From an uncultured Alphaproteobacteria bacterium (lineage in GTDB: Bacteria; Pseudomonadota; Alphaproteobacteria; Rhizobiales; Rhizobiaceae), in NCBI GenBank assembly GCA_963777425.1, contig CAVZQS010000011.1, forward strand, positions 702,874 to 766,873: DNA of 64,000 nt, written 5' to 3'. Shown in pieces: positions 1 through 9,945 of the stretch. Position 1 is the first letter of the stretch; the number at the start of each line of letters is the position of its first letter. A model generated the notes under the pieces. That model ran no database searches. It was given only the letters and a program-made list of their open reading frames with translations, and was not told where the DNA came from. The position numbers and the translations under genes are program-made.

Positions 1-516
1 AGGATTGCCGCCGATCTCCTTGTTGCTGTGGCCCTCGGCGATCAGTTTGACGACTGCGGTTTCCCGCGCCGTGAGAACACTCGGCGCCCCCCCTGCCTTG
101 GCGAGATATGACGACACCAATATGTCCGATACGGTCTTGGTGAAGAACGGCTGGTGGTATTCCAACGCTTCCACGGCCTGGACGAGGTATTGTGTCGCGT
201 CGGATTTCAGCAGATATCCTTGGACCCCCGCCTCGAGAATATTACGCAGCAAGGCTTCGTTGTCATGCTGCGTGAAGATCAGAACTTCGGTCTTGGGGCT
301 GTTGAGCCGAATCTGCCGCGCGGCTTCGACGCCGTTGATGAAGGGCAGGGCATAGTCGAGGATGGCGATTTCCGGCTGCGTGAGACGTGCCTGCTCGACG
401 GCATCGCGCCCATCGGCAGCTTCACCAACGATCTCCCAGCGTTCCCGCTTCGACAGGATCGCTTTGACGCCTTGACGGACGATCTCGTGGTCGTCTGCAA
501 TCAGAATCCGTGTCAT
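1..516 (-). CDS. NarL/FixJ-family two-component response regulator (REC + LuxR HTH), 3' end runs off the window
   Basis: Not in the ORF track (edge). Manual minus-strand translation from ATG 516: MTRILIADDHEIVRQGVKAIL...ILDYALPFINGVEAARQI...GYLLKSDA...LTARETAVVKLIAEGHSNKEI. Confidence 0.92.
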   Translation of the reverse strand, partial: MTRILIADDHEIVRQGVKAILSKRERWEIVGEAADGRDAVEQARLTQPEIAILDYALPFINGVEAARQIRLNSPKTEVLIFTQHDNEALLRNILEAGVQGYLLKSDATQYLVQAVEALEYHQPFFTKTVSDILVSSYLAKAGGAPSVLTARETAVVKLIAEGHSNKEIGGNP

Positions 517-659
517 CGTCACCCCTGCTTGTGGCCCGGCTTCGAACGTCTCATTGTGGCAGTGCGTTGGAAGCAGCACTGTTCACTCCTACACTGGAAA
601 GCTGCTTCCGGCAAAAATTAACAGTTACGTACTTCCGGTATCGTTCCCGATGAACGCTA

Positions 660-1736
660 ATGGCCGCAGTGAATCAACGGGGAGGACGGCTGATGGCGCA
701 ACCATCATTCAAGAACCGGCATCTGCAGGTCGAACATGACTTTGGCAACACCGTGAAACGTCACCGGGCACGGATGTTTGGCCGTCTGGCGGCCGTGATG
801 TTTCTGGCGTCATTCGGGCAAGCGGAGGCAGCATTTGCCGCGGATCTTGTCGTCGCGATGCCGAACTGGCCATCGGGTCAGGTGACGGCAAACATCATCA
901 AATCAGCTCTGCAAAAGGATCTCAGCCTTGATGTGGAGGTTCGCGAGATGGGTACGATGACTGCCTTTGCCGGCCTTGCTTCCGGGCAAGTCGACATCCA
1001 TCCGGAAGTCTGGCTGCCGAACCTCAACTCGTTGGTCGACAAATATGCAGGCAAGGATGGCCCGGTCCAGCTCGCCGACACCGGCGTGTCTGCCTGGCAA
1101 GGGATCTGCGCGACCCAGCAGACCGTCGACAAAACCGGCATTCGTGCCGTCGCTGATCTCCTTGATCCGAAAAAGACCGCAGCCTTCGACACAGATGGCG
1201 ACGGCCAGGGCGAGATGTGGATCGGCGCCGAGACATGGTCATCGACGGCGATAGAACGCATTCGCGCGAACAGCTACGGCTATGCGAAGACCATGCGCCT
1301 GCTTGAAATGCCCGAAGAGATGGGCATGGCGTCGGTTGATGCCGCCGAGGCGACTGACAGGCCAATCATATTTGCCTGCTACAGTCCGCATGTCGTCTTC
1401 AAGCTGCATAACATCGTCAAGCTCGAAGAGCCGGCGTACGATGCATCCAAATGGCATGTTGTGCTTCCGGCTGACGATCCGATGTGGCTGTCCAAGTCGA
1501 GCGCACCGGTCGCCTGGGACCGCGCGCATTTCCACATCGCCTACGCAAAAACGCTGGCTACCCGGAAGCCCGAAGTCACCAAATTCCTTGAGAGCATTGA
1601 TTTCACCCCGGATGAGATCACCGAGATGAGTTATGCTGTCGAAGTCGAGCGCAGATCACCTGCCGACTATGCAGCCTCATGGGTGGAGAAGAACAGCGAC
1701 CGGGTCGGCAAGTGGTTGAAGGGGAGAGGTCAATGA
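660..1736 (+). CDS. Glycine betaine/ProX-family ABC substrate-binding protein (orphan; true start probably 753 or 774)
   Basis: Signal peptide ..AEAAFA; PNWPS, DIHPEVW, FDTDGDGQGE and YSPH motifs typical of ProX-like SBPs. Confidence 0.85.
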   Translation: MAAVNQRGGRLMAQPSFKNRHLQVEHDFGNTVKRHRARMFGRLAAVMFLASFGQAEAAFAADLVVAMPNWPSGQVTANIIKSALQKDLSLDVEVREMGTMTAFAGLASGQVDIHPEVWLPNLNSLVDKYAGKDGPVQLADTGVSAWQGICATQQTVDKTGIRAVADLLDPKKTAAFDTDGDGQGEMWIGAETWSSTAIERIRANSYGYAKTMRLLEMPEEMGMASVDAAEATDRPIIFACYSPHVVFKLHNIVKLEEPAYDASKWHVVLPADDPMWLSKSSAPVAWDRAHFHIAYAKTLATRKPEVTKFLESIDFTPDEITEMSYAVEVERRSPADYAASWVEKNSDRVGKWLKGRGQ

Positions 1737-2426
1737 AACCGGAACCAAAATTCCCTTGCAGCAAAAAGCTGACCATTGGACTGGTGCTGTCTGGATTTCT
1801 TGCTGCTTCCGTGGCCGGCATTGGTTGGGCTCAGGTCCCGAAGACCCAAATCTACGATACGAAGACACGTCAATGGGTCGCCTATGACAGCAAGAAAGCG
1901 CGCAAATATTATGCCGCCAATGGCCAGGTGCCCGAGGCATTCCGCCGGCAGGTAGTGCCGTTTCGCACGGCCGAAAAGCCCGGCACCATCATCATCGATG
2001 GCAACCAGCATTTCCTTTACCTAGTGAAGGGCGGAGGACAGGCCGTGCGTTACGGCATCGGGGTCGGCCGTGAGGGGTTCGGCTGGGCAGGCATTGTGCG
2101 TGTCGGCCGCGTTGCCGAATGGCCGACCTGGACACCTCCAGCCGAAATGGTGGCGCGTGATCCGAACGCCGTGAAGTTTGCCGGCGGCATGCCAGGCGGT
2201 CCTGATAATCCGCTCGGCGCGCGCGCGCTCTATCTCTACGAGGGCGACCAGGACACGATTTACCGCATCCACGGCACGCCCGAACCGTGGTCGATTGGCC
2301 TGAATGTCTCGTCCGGCTGCATCAGGATGAATAATGAAGACATTGTCGATCTCGCATTCGCAGATTGAGGTCGGAGCGAAGGTGATCGTGCTCATGCAGG
2401 GCGCATCACTCTACAAAGGTGTTTGA
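1733..2426 (+). CDS. L,D-transpeptidase (YkuD/ErfK family); apparent +1 frameshift near 2353
   Basis: ATGA overlap with the SBP stop; YGIGVGREG, NPLGARALYL, YRIHGT...SSGCIRM catalytic motif; the shifted frame continues HSQIEVGAKVIVL...GV* to 2426. Confidence 0.9.
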
Positions 2427-2449
2427 GTAGCAAAGTCAGGGGGAAAACG

Positions 2450-2782
2450 ATGCTTTGCAAATCAGGTCGAGGACATTTGAAAAATATCAACGTCATTGTC
2501 GTTGCGGGTGGTATATTGGCGCTCGCAGGATGTGTGTCGGACAACAGCCCCACACCCGAAAACATGGCAAGAAACACGGCGCAGACGGCACCTGCCGACC
2601 TGCAGCTGGCATGTTCAAGCGCGGCAGCGACCAAATTTGGTGCAGACCACGCTTCGGCGCTCCCGGTGAGTTCAAGCGCTGTCGATGGCGGCAAGTACCA
2701 GATCATCCTTGAAGCGAAGGGCCAGCGTTCAAGCTGCCTGATCGATCAGGCAGGAACCGTGCTGTCGCTGGAAAAGGCTTGA
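2450..2782 (+). CDS. Small lipoprotein, unknown function
   Basis: Hydrophobic leader ending in lipobox LAGC; two further Cys. Confidence 0.7.
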   Translation: MLCKSGRGHLKNINVIVVAGGILALAGCVSDNSPTPENMARNTAQTAPADLQLACSSAAATKFGADHASALPVSSSAVDGGKYQIILEAKGQRSSCLIDQAGTVLSLEKA

Positions 2783-2852
2783 GGCGAACCGACTGCAAAA
2801 AATCATGGGTAGCCGCACGTTGCAGAAGACGTGGAATTTGAGGAGAGCCGCT

Positions 2853-4350
2853 ATGTCATTGCACCAAAAAACGATTGCTGTCGTGGCTTCGGCAGCGCTG
2901 CTGATGTGCGGGCCAGGCATGCAGGCATGGACGCAAACGCAGCCTGCGCCCGCTACAACAGCGCCGGCTGCACCGGCAACGACGGAGCCGGCAGCACCGG
3001 CGCCGGCACTGCTGACTGCGGCAGAGCTTCAAACGCTGACCGCGCGCATCGCGCTTTATCCCGACGACCTAGTGGCGCTGGTGCTCTCGGCCGCACTCAA
3101 CCCTCTGCAGATCGTCCAGGCGGCGCGCTTCCTGGATCAGGCCAAAGCCAAGCCTGATGCGAAACCCGATCCATCATGGGACGGAAGCGTCATATCGCTT
3201 CTCAACTATCCCACAGTTCTGACAATGATGAACGACGACCTGGACTGGACGGAACAGCTGGGCGAAGCGGTCGTCAATCAGCAGAAAGACCTGCTTGTTG
3301 CGATACAGGAGCTACGTGACAAGGCAGTGGACAATGGTTCCATCAAGTCGGATGACAAGGTTGTCGTAGAGACAAACGTCGACAACAATGTCGTCATTCG
3401 TCCTGCCAAGAAGGAAGTGACGTACGTTCCGACCTATGACCCCGTGATCCTGACCAGCCCGACCTATGTGGCGACGGCACCGATCGTGTATGGCGATCCT
3501 TATCCTTCGTATTATTACCCCTACGCGCCCTATTGGATCGGGTTTTATCACCGGAGCGGTTTTTGGCGCTGCCATCGACTGGGATAATTGGCACTCATGG
3601 GGAGGTGAGGACGTCGACATCGACATCGGTGAAATCAATCGTAATGATTTCAATTTTGACAGGAACAATATCAACAACCTCAATTTCGATAGCAGCAAAT
3701 TCAATTTCGACCGGGATTCCATCGCGAACAATATTCGCGAGAACAGGGGAAACCGGCTCGATCTGAGGAGCGATGGCCAGCTCGGCAACCTTGGCGGGCT
3801 CGCAGGCGCAGGGCTCGCAGGTGCCGGGCTCGCAGGCGCAGGCGCCGTCGCATCGAGAATCCGCAGCAGCGATGTACGCCGCGATGTGCAGAACCAGTTG
3901 AGGCAAAGGGACGGCGGCAATTTCGCCGGCAATCGTCCTGGCCAGGATGGCAAACCGGCTCGGCCAATCGCGATATCGGGCAAGGAGCAGGGGCGGGCAA
4001 TCGCAACATCGGACAAGGCGCAGGGGCCAACCGCCCGAATCGGGACAGAGCCAATGCCAGTCGTCCCGATCGCCCGCGGCAAAAGCCGGCAGGGCCGCGT
4101 CGATAACCGTCCGAGGCAGCCAAGTGCCCTGGGTAATTATGGTTCCGGACGGGATGCCCGCGCCTCGTCAAATCGCGGCAATGCCAGCCTGGGCGGCGGC
4201 GGAGGGCGTGCCAGAGTCCAGGGTGGCGGCGGTGCCAGGGTCCAGGGCGGCGGCGCCCGCGCCAGGGGCGGTGGCGGCCCCAGGGTACAGCGCGGCGGCG
4301 GAGGCAGAGGCGGCGGAGGTAGAGGTGGCGGCAGAGGCGGTCGTCGCTGA
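2853..4350 (+). CDS. DUF3300-domain exported protein with low-complexity N/D/F-rich and RGG-rich tail; frameshifted near 3542 (probably also within about 3945-4095)
   Basis: Signal peptide, Ala/Pro linker, IALYPDDLVALVL, WDGSVISL, WTEQLGEA...QQKDLLVAIQELR, YVPTYDP motifs; joins ORF 3466..4350 (WIG/FITGAVFGAAIDW). Confidence 0.85.
3796..3840 (+). repeat. 3 x 15-bp tandem repeat (GGGCTCGCAGGYGCM) encoding GLAGA x3 within DUF3300
   Basis: gggctcgcaggcgca / gggctcgcaggtgcc / gggctcgcaggcgca read directly. Confidence 0.9.
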
Positions 4351-4393
4351 CCAACCATGAGCCATGACCATTCCTTGTGAAGGGATTACAAAA

Positions 4394-5324
4394 ATGTATC
4401 GCGCAACTTTGAAAATACTGCTCGCTTCCGCATTCCTTTCGTTCGCGGCATCATCTCCCCTGATTGCGGCAGGAGCCCTCGCTTCAACGTTTCGTTGGCG
4501 CAAAGTCCGAAACGTTCAAGGAACCGGGTGAAGCGCTGGAGGCTCTGAAGAAGGATCTCGGCGCTAAGGATGTCGACGCTCTGGCCAAGATCCTTGGTCT
4601 CAACGCCGAAGCGGCGAAGAAGTCCGAAGACTTCGACGAGCGGCTGGGCGACCTTCAGAAGGCCTCCGGGGAGCGCGCCGAACTGAGGGACAGGGAAGAT
4701 GGCAGCAAGGAAGTCATTCTCGGCAATCTGACCTGGCCATTTCCGTTTCCCCTGGTCAAGGACGCCGCCGGCTGGCAGTTCGATACACAAAAGGGGCTCG
4801 AGGAGATTCTGGCGCGGCGAATTGGCGAGAACGAGAACGAGGCGATACGGACATGCCGCAATTACATTGTTGCCCAGACTGCCTACGCACGGGACGATCA
4901 CGATGACGATGGGGTCCTCGAATTCGCCCAGAAGACTGTCAGTGACGAAGGAAAGCAGGACGGGCTCTACTGGAAATCGGCCGGTGGTGAGGAAAGTCCT
5001 GCGGGCAGTTTCGGAGATGATGCCAAGATTGAGGCCAGCGCAGCGTCAGACCGCGGTTATTTCGGTTATCGCTACCGGATACTCAGGGCTCAGGGCAGCA
5101 ACATCGCAGGCGGAAAGTATGGCTTTGTCATCAATGGCAACATGATCGCCGGACATGCGTTGATTGCCTGGCCTGCCATATATGGCGAGACCGGCATCAA
5201 GACATTCGTCGTCAGTCATCATGGGACCATTTACGAAAAGGACCTCGGCCCGGCTACCGACAAGGTGGTGAAAGAGATAAGATCGTTCAATCCGGATCAA
5301 ACATGGGATTCGGTTGACGACTGA
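4394..5324 (+). CDS. DUF2950-family exported protein; +1 frameshift near 4468
   Basis: ATG 4394 gives signal MYRATLKILLASAFLSFAASS; WPFPFPLVK, RRIGENE, KQDGLYW, YFGYRYRIL, AWPAIYGETGIKTFVV motifs; follows DUF3300 as is typical. Confidence 0.85.
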
Positions 5325-5352
5325 TCGCGACGTTCAAAAAGGGGGAACAGCG

Positions 5353-6141
5353 ATGAAACTTTCTGGCACTTTGGGAACGGCGCTTGCGGCAGGTCTTCTG
5401 TTAGCAAGCCCGGCAGGGGCGGCAGACATCACTTCGCCGATGGCGCCGGAACTCAAACAGACCGAGAGGGAGGGATGGACCTTCGCGGTAAGTCCATATT
5501 TCTGGGCGGCGGGCATGTCAGGCGATACGGGCCTGTTCGGTTTGCCGACCGTGCACATGGACATGGACTTCAGCGACATCCTGAACGAGCTTGATTTCGC
5601 CGCCATGGCGATTGGCGAGGCCCGCTACGACCGTTACAGCATATTCACCGATATCATGTATTCCAAGATATCCAGCGGTTCTGGTACGCCGAGGGGCATC
5701 ATCGCCGACCACGTCGAAGTTACATCGGAGACGTTTGCGGGCCTTTTGGGCGCCGGGTATTCGGTGCTGCAGGATGACCGGGGCAATCTCGATCTGGTCG
5801 CCGGCGCCAGGGTCTGGCACGCGAGTACCGAGATTTCGTTCAGCGGCGGCATACTCGATGGTGTCGACCGGACTGACAGCGCCACATGGGTCGACGGCCT
5901 GGCTGGTGTCCGGGCCAAATATTCGATCACCGACAAGGTCTACTTCACCGGCTGGGGACTGGTCGGCGCCGGTGGTGCGGATCTCGACTGGGACGTTGCC
6001 GGTGGGATCGGCTATGAGTTCAATGACAGGTTTTCTGCTGTCGCAGGCTACCGTGCGCTTGGTGTCGACTACAGCAGTGACGGTTTCGTCATGGACGTCG
6101 TCCAGCAGGGACCGATCTTCGGCGTCGTCATGCATTTCTGA
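5353..6141 (+). CDS. Outer-membrane beta-barrel protein
   Basis: Signal peptide, alternating amphipathic strands, C-terminal aromatic signature (GPIFGVVMHF). Confidence 0.8.
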   Translation: MKLSGTLGTALAAGLLLASPAGAADITSPMAPELKQTEREGWTFAVSPYFWAAGMSGDTGLFGLPTVHMDMDFSDILNELDFAAMAIGEARYDRYSIFTDIMYSKISSGSGTPRGIIADHVEVTSETFAGLLGAGYSVLQDDRGNLDLVAGARVWHASTEISFSGGILDGVDRTDSATWVDGLAGVRAKYSITDKVYFTGWGLVGAGGADLDWDVAGGIGYEFNDRFSAVAGYRALGVDYSSDGFVMDVVQQGPIFGVVMHF

Positions 6142-6191
6142 TGCGCCGATCTATCGGCCGCTAAACGACAGCAAGGCGAGCCGGCGTGTCG

Positions 6192-6608
6192 TCACATGTC
6201 GCACTTGTGATAGGTGATGAACATGTTGTCACCAAACGGGTCGAACCGTTGGAACGTCTTGCTGTCGACAATCTTGAAGGTCACCGTCTGGCCGTACTCG
6301 ATCATCGAATCGACGCAAGTCAAGTCTGCGGTAAGACGATCTTTCTGTTTGCGGACTGTTCCGGTTGTGCACGCGGCATTGGGCGCCACGATCCGGCTCC
6401 CGTTGACCAGTAATCCTGTCGATGTCGATGCCGTGCGGTCTTTGAACTCGACCTTCTTGCCTGTCTTCTTGAATGTGTCCGAGCATTCAGTGCCGTCCAT
6501 GGTCCACGCGCCTTGCAGTTCCTTGATGGATGCTGCTGTGACGCCTGTTGTCATACAGAGGCCGAGCACCGCGCCCGCTACTATGATTTTGCCGAGTTTG
6601 CTGTTCAT
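6192..6608 (-). CDS. Hypothetical secreted protein (4 Cys in mature part)
   Basis: Signal peptide MNSKLGKIIVAGAVLGL; LQGAW...C motif. Confidence 0.65.
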   Translation of the reverse strand: MNSKLGKIIVAGAVLGLCMTTGVTAASIKELQGAWTMDGTECSDTFKKTGKKVEFKDRTASTSTGLLVNGSRIVAPNAACTTGTVRKQKDRLTADLTCVDSMIEYGQTVTFKIVDSKTFQRFDPFGDNMFITYHKCDM

Positions 6609-6894
6609 TACCAAGCTCCGAGATTGTTCTACAGTTGCAAGGATACGCAATCGTTCCGGTTCCTGAAATGGAACCATCACAAATATACGGCTACGATACA
6701 GTAAATGCGTCGGCTATTTCCCGGAACTGTGGAGAGGCTTCATTGAGGAAATTGGCTCAGCTTGAGCATTTCTTGGGCCTCACGATGGAACCGCAGATTA
6801 TTGCGATGGATTATTGTAAGAATGGTTTGAGTGTATCCGATTCGGATGTGCGGTATCGTCTTCGTGTTAATGCGTCCATTGCCATACGGTGAGC

Positions 6895-7814
6895 ATGAAA
6901 CCTGCCAATAACCCGGACGAGATCCCGAGAATCTCCTGTCATTGCAGGCCGATAGTCTTGTCCTGTTCGCGGCGTATGACGAGCACGATATTCTGCGTTA
7001 TGCGAACAGAAGCTTTCGTTCTGCATACCATCTGGAGCCTGATGAGCAGCTGAGTTGGGGCGCCATCATGCGCAGAAATTATGAGGCAGGTCTTGGAACC
7101 GTTCTGAAAACTGATAACTTCGATGACTGGCTGGTTTCCACGCAATCACGCCGCGGCAAAGTGGCGTTCCGGGCATTCGAAACCGATCTTGTTGATGGCC
7201 GTTGGCTTTGGATGACGGAAACCGTGCAGCCGAACGGATGGATGCTGTGCATTGCCAGCGACATCACCCAACTGCGCCCGGACGATCGCTGGCTGCGGCA
7301 AGATCGGGACCTGGCGCTAAAAGCATCGCAGACTGACGAACTCACAGGCGTTGCGAACCGCCGCTTTATCATGGCGACACTTGACGCGCTGGTCAGCCGA
7401 CATCTGATGCCGGACGGCGTAAACGGTTGTCTCGCCGTTCTCGATATCGATCATTTCAAGGCGATCAACGACCGGTATGGCCATCAGTCCGGTGATGAAG
7501 TGCTGCTAGATTTTGCCAGGCACGCCCATTCGTTCGTGCGCCGTCTCGACTGCTTCGGCAGGATTGGCGGCGAGGAGTTCATGTTCATTCTGCCGGATAC
7601 CACACTTGGCGATGGGGTCCAGTTTCTCGAACGTGTGCTCGACAAAATACGGTTGGCGCGACCATTGAGTGTCTGTCCGGAATTCTCCTTACACCTGCTC
7701 CGCGGGTATCACCGCCTTGCGACCAGGCGATACGTCACATGGGCATTCGCGCGAGCGGACAGAGGCCTGTATCAGGCCAAGCTCGAAGGGCGGAACCGTG
7801 TCAGCGTGATCTAG
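6895..7814 (+). CDS. PAS-like sensor diguanylate cyclase (GGEEF); probable +1 error near 6925 and compensating frameshifts about 7688-7742
   Basis: TDELTGVANRR, DIDHFKAINDRYGH, RRLD I-site five residues before GGEEF; alternate frame restores YTCSAGIT. Confidence 0.88.
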
Positions 7815-7827
7815 CGGATCGATAGGA

Positions 7828-8403
7828 TTATCGCTCGCTGGGAGATCCAAAAATGGCGGCTGTCGCCCACGCACGCTCAAGCCGGTCGAGGGTTGCGAAT
7901 GCTACTTCCAAGTTGCGGATGTTTTCCGGATCGCCGGCAACTAGCCGATGATACTTCGCCGCAACTTCTGTCAGGTCATCGCAAAGCTGGCGGGCCTTTT
8001 CTGAAAGGCGGATATGGGCCGTTCTCCTGTCACGCGCCAAAGGAATACGTTCGATATACCCGTATTCGCCAAGCTGCTTAAGATAATAGGAAAGATTGGT
8101 GCCGCCATAGGGGCCGCGGTCCATCAGCTGGCCGACCGAGAGCTCGTCATTGCCGATTGTAAGCAACAGCATTGCGTGAGCGGGTCCAATCTCCTGAACT
8201 CCTCGCCGGGTCATTTCCGCCTGAAGAAATGAAGCAAAGCGCCGGTTGGCTCGTTCGAGCGTCCTGGCCAGCTCGAAATGCGTGATAACCGTCGTATGTG
8301 TGGCTCGCCCACCGGACTTTACGCTCAAGGCATTTGTGTCGCTTGATGGCAGTGTCGCGGTCTCCGCTTCGACAATGTTTTGCAGCAATTTCGATATCAT
8401 CAA
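7828..8403 (-). CDS. MarR-family regulator, LdtR-like
   Basis: wHTH with RGPYGGTNLSYYLKQL and DRRTAHIRLSEK, resembling rhizobial LdtR (RGYYLGSNVSYNLKKL). Confidence 0.8.
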   Translation of the reverse strand: MMISKLLQNIVEAETATLPSSDTNALSVKSGGRATHTTVITHFELARTLERANRRFASFLQAEMTRRGVQEIGPAHAMLLLTIGNDELSVGQLMDRGPYGGTNLSYYLKQLGEYGYIERIPLARDRRTAHIRLSEKARQLCDDLTEVAAKYHRLVAGDPENIRNLEVAFATLDRLERAWATAAIFGSPSER

Positions 8404-8582
8404 ACGCTCCTGGAATAAGGTGATTCACCCTGCCGCTATACACTTCGCACATGCGAATGGAGATTTTACGCACTGCACAATACGATATTTCTCGTGTAAG
8501 TTGAAGGCCCTATTTAAGTCGAAAGGCTTAGTTGAAGTCTATCCATTCCTCTGCAAGGCTTGAACAGGGAGGAACAAAACTG

Positions 8583-8870
8583 GTGGCGAACTGGCTGGAG
8601 GTTCTGCGCGAGAAGAACGAACTGGCTGTGATGTTGGGAAAAAAGATTCCCCAGATGCTCACGCATGAGCCATTAACGCTCGTCCAGGCGACGGAACTAT
8701 ACACACTCCTCGAGGAGCACGCCCGGGGTATGGAAGAAATCCTCGAAAAGATGGAACAGGACGACTTGCCCGAATCCTACTACCAGGTCGCCGAGGACCT
8801 CGACAACATTTTCAACAATCTTGCGGCGGCGGCGGCGGAAAAACTCAGCGAAATCCGAGACAACGTCTAG
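8583..8870 (+). CDS. Hypothetical acidic helical protein
   Basis: GGAGG RBS before GTG 8583; protein-like composition. Confidence 0.6.
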   Translation: MANWLEVLREKNELAVMLGKKIPQMLTHEPLTLVQATELYTLLEEHARGMEEILEKMEQDDLPESYYQVAEDLDNIFNNLAAAAAEKLSEIRDNV

Positions 8871-8990
8871 AGCTTCAAAGGTTCCAGTTTGCCGGCCAGC
8901 TCGTAACCCTTGCACGAAACAGTGTTCGATGCTGGACTGCCAGGGCGAAGGCGCCCTTCGCGGCGGCCAGGCTGAAGTATTGCAGGAAAA

Positions 8991-9842
8991 ATGATGAAAC
9001 ACGCGGATATGAAGTTAGCCTCACTTCCCTCGGGCGAGTCGGTTCCTGTGCTTGGCCAGGGTACCTGGTACATGGGGGAGGACAGACGGCAGTTTCATCA
9101 GGAGGCGGACGCTTTGCGGCTTGGTCTCGATCTCGGCATGACCCTGATCGACACGGCGGAGATGTACGCCAATGGCCGGGCTGAGGAAGTGGTTGCCGAG
9201 GCGATCAGCGGGCGGCGTGACGAGGCGTTCCTTGTCAGCAAGGTCCTGCCGTCGAATGCGTCGCACAAGGGCACGATGCTCGCCTGTGAGCGGAGCCTCA
9301 AGCGCATGAAGTGCGAGACGATCGATCTTTATCTCCTGCATTGGCGCGGCGGATATCCGCTGGATGAGACGATTGCCGCTTTCGAGGATCTGGTAAAGGC
9401 AGGAAAAATCCGGCATTGGGGGGTCAGCAATTTCGATGCTGACGACCTCGAAGCGCTGGAGGCGCTCAATGGCGGCAACGCTGTCGCAACCAATCAGGTC
9501 CTCTACAATCTTGCACGGCGCGGCGTGGAGTATGACCTCCTGCCATGGTGCCGGGCACGCCGCATTCCGGTCATGGCCTATTCGCCGATCGAACAAGGAC
9601 GGGTGTTGGGGCATCCAGCGCTTGCGCAAGTTGCCCAGGAATGCGGAACCTCACCGGCAGCTGTGGCTCTCGCGTTCGTGCTGACGCATGACGGCGTCAT
9701 CGCCATTCCAAAATCGAGCACGCCTGCGCACATCAGGGATAATCGCAGCGCCGTCGATCTGCAGCTGACACCCGGACAGCTGGCCGTTCTCGATAAGGCC
9801 TTTCCGGCTCCAAAGCGAAAACGGCCGCTCGAGATGTTATGA
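8991..9842 (+). CDS. Aldo/keto reductase
   Basis: LGQGTW, IDTAEMY, VSKV, DLYLLHW, WGVSNF, AYSP, IPKS motifs. Confidence 0.95.
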   Translation: MMKHADMKLASLPSGESVPVLGQGTWYMGEDRRQFHQEADALRLGLDLGMTLIDTAEMYANGRAEEVVAEAISGRRDEAFLVSKVLPSNASHKGTMLACERSLKRMKCETIDLYLLHWRGGYPLDETIAAFEDLVKAGKIRHWGVSNFDADDLEALEALNGGNAVATNQVLYNLARRGVEYDLLPWCRARRIPVMAYSPIEQGRVLGHPALAQVAQECGTSPAAVALAFVLTHDGVIAIPKSSTPAHIRDNRSAVDLQLTPGQLAVLDKAFPAPKRKRPLEML

Positions 9843-9945
9843 TCCCCTTCGACCCGCATTGCGCGTCAAAGTGTTGTGAACCAGGCTCTCCTGTAGCGGC
9901 TAGCGAGGTTTCGCAAAATCGACATGGCGTTTGCCCGACAACCAA

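Noticed and set aside
5-621. Plus-strand ORFs 5..355 and 154..621
   Set aside because: Antisense to the clear response regulator on the minus strand
4137-4358. Poly-proline ORF on the minus strand
   Set aside because: Antisense shadow of the Gly/Arg-rich DUF3300 tail
8862-8885. GGAAC-N15-CGTT on the minus strand
   Set aside because: Spacer one base short of the EcfG consensus and antisense to the small gene; no adjacent target start
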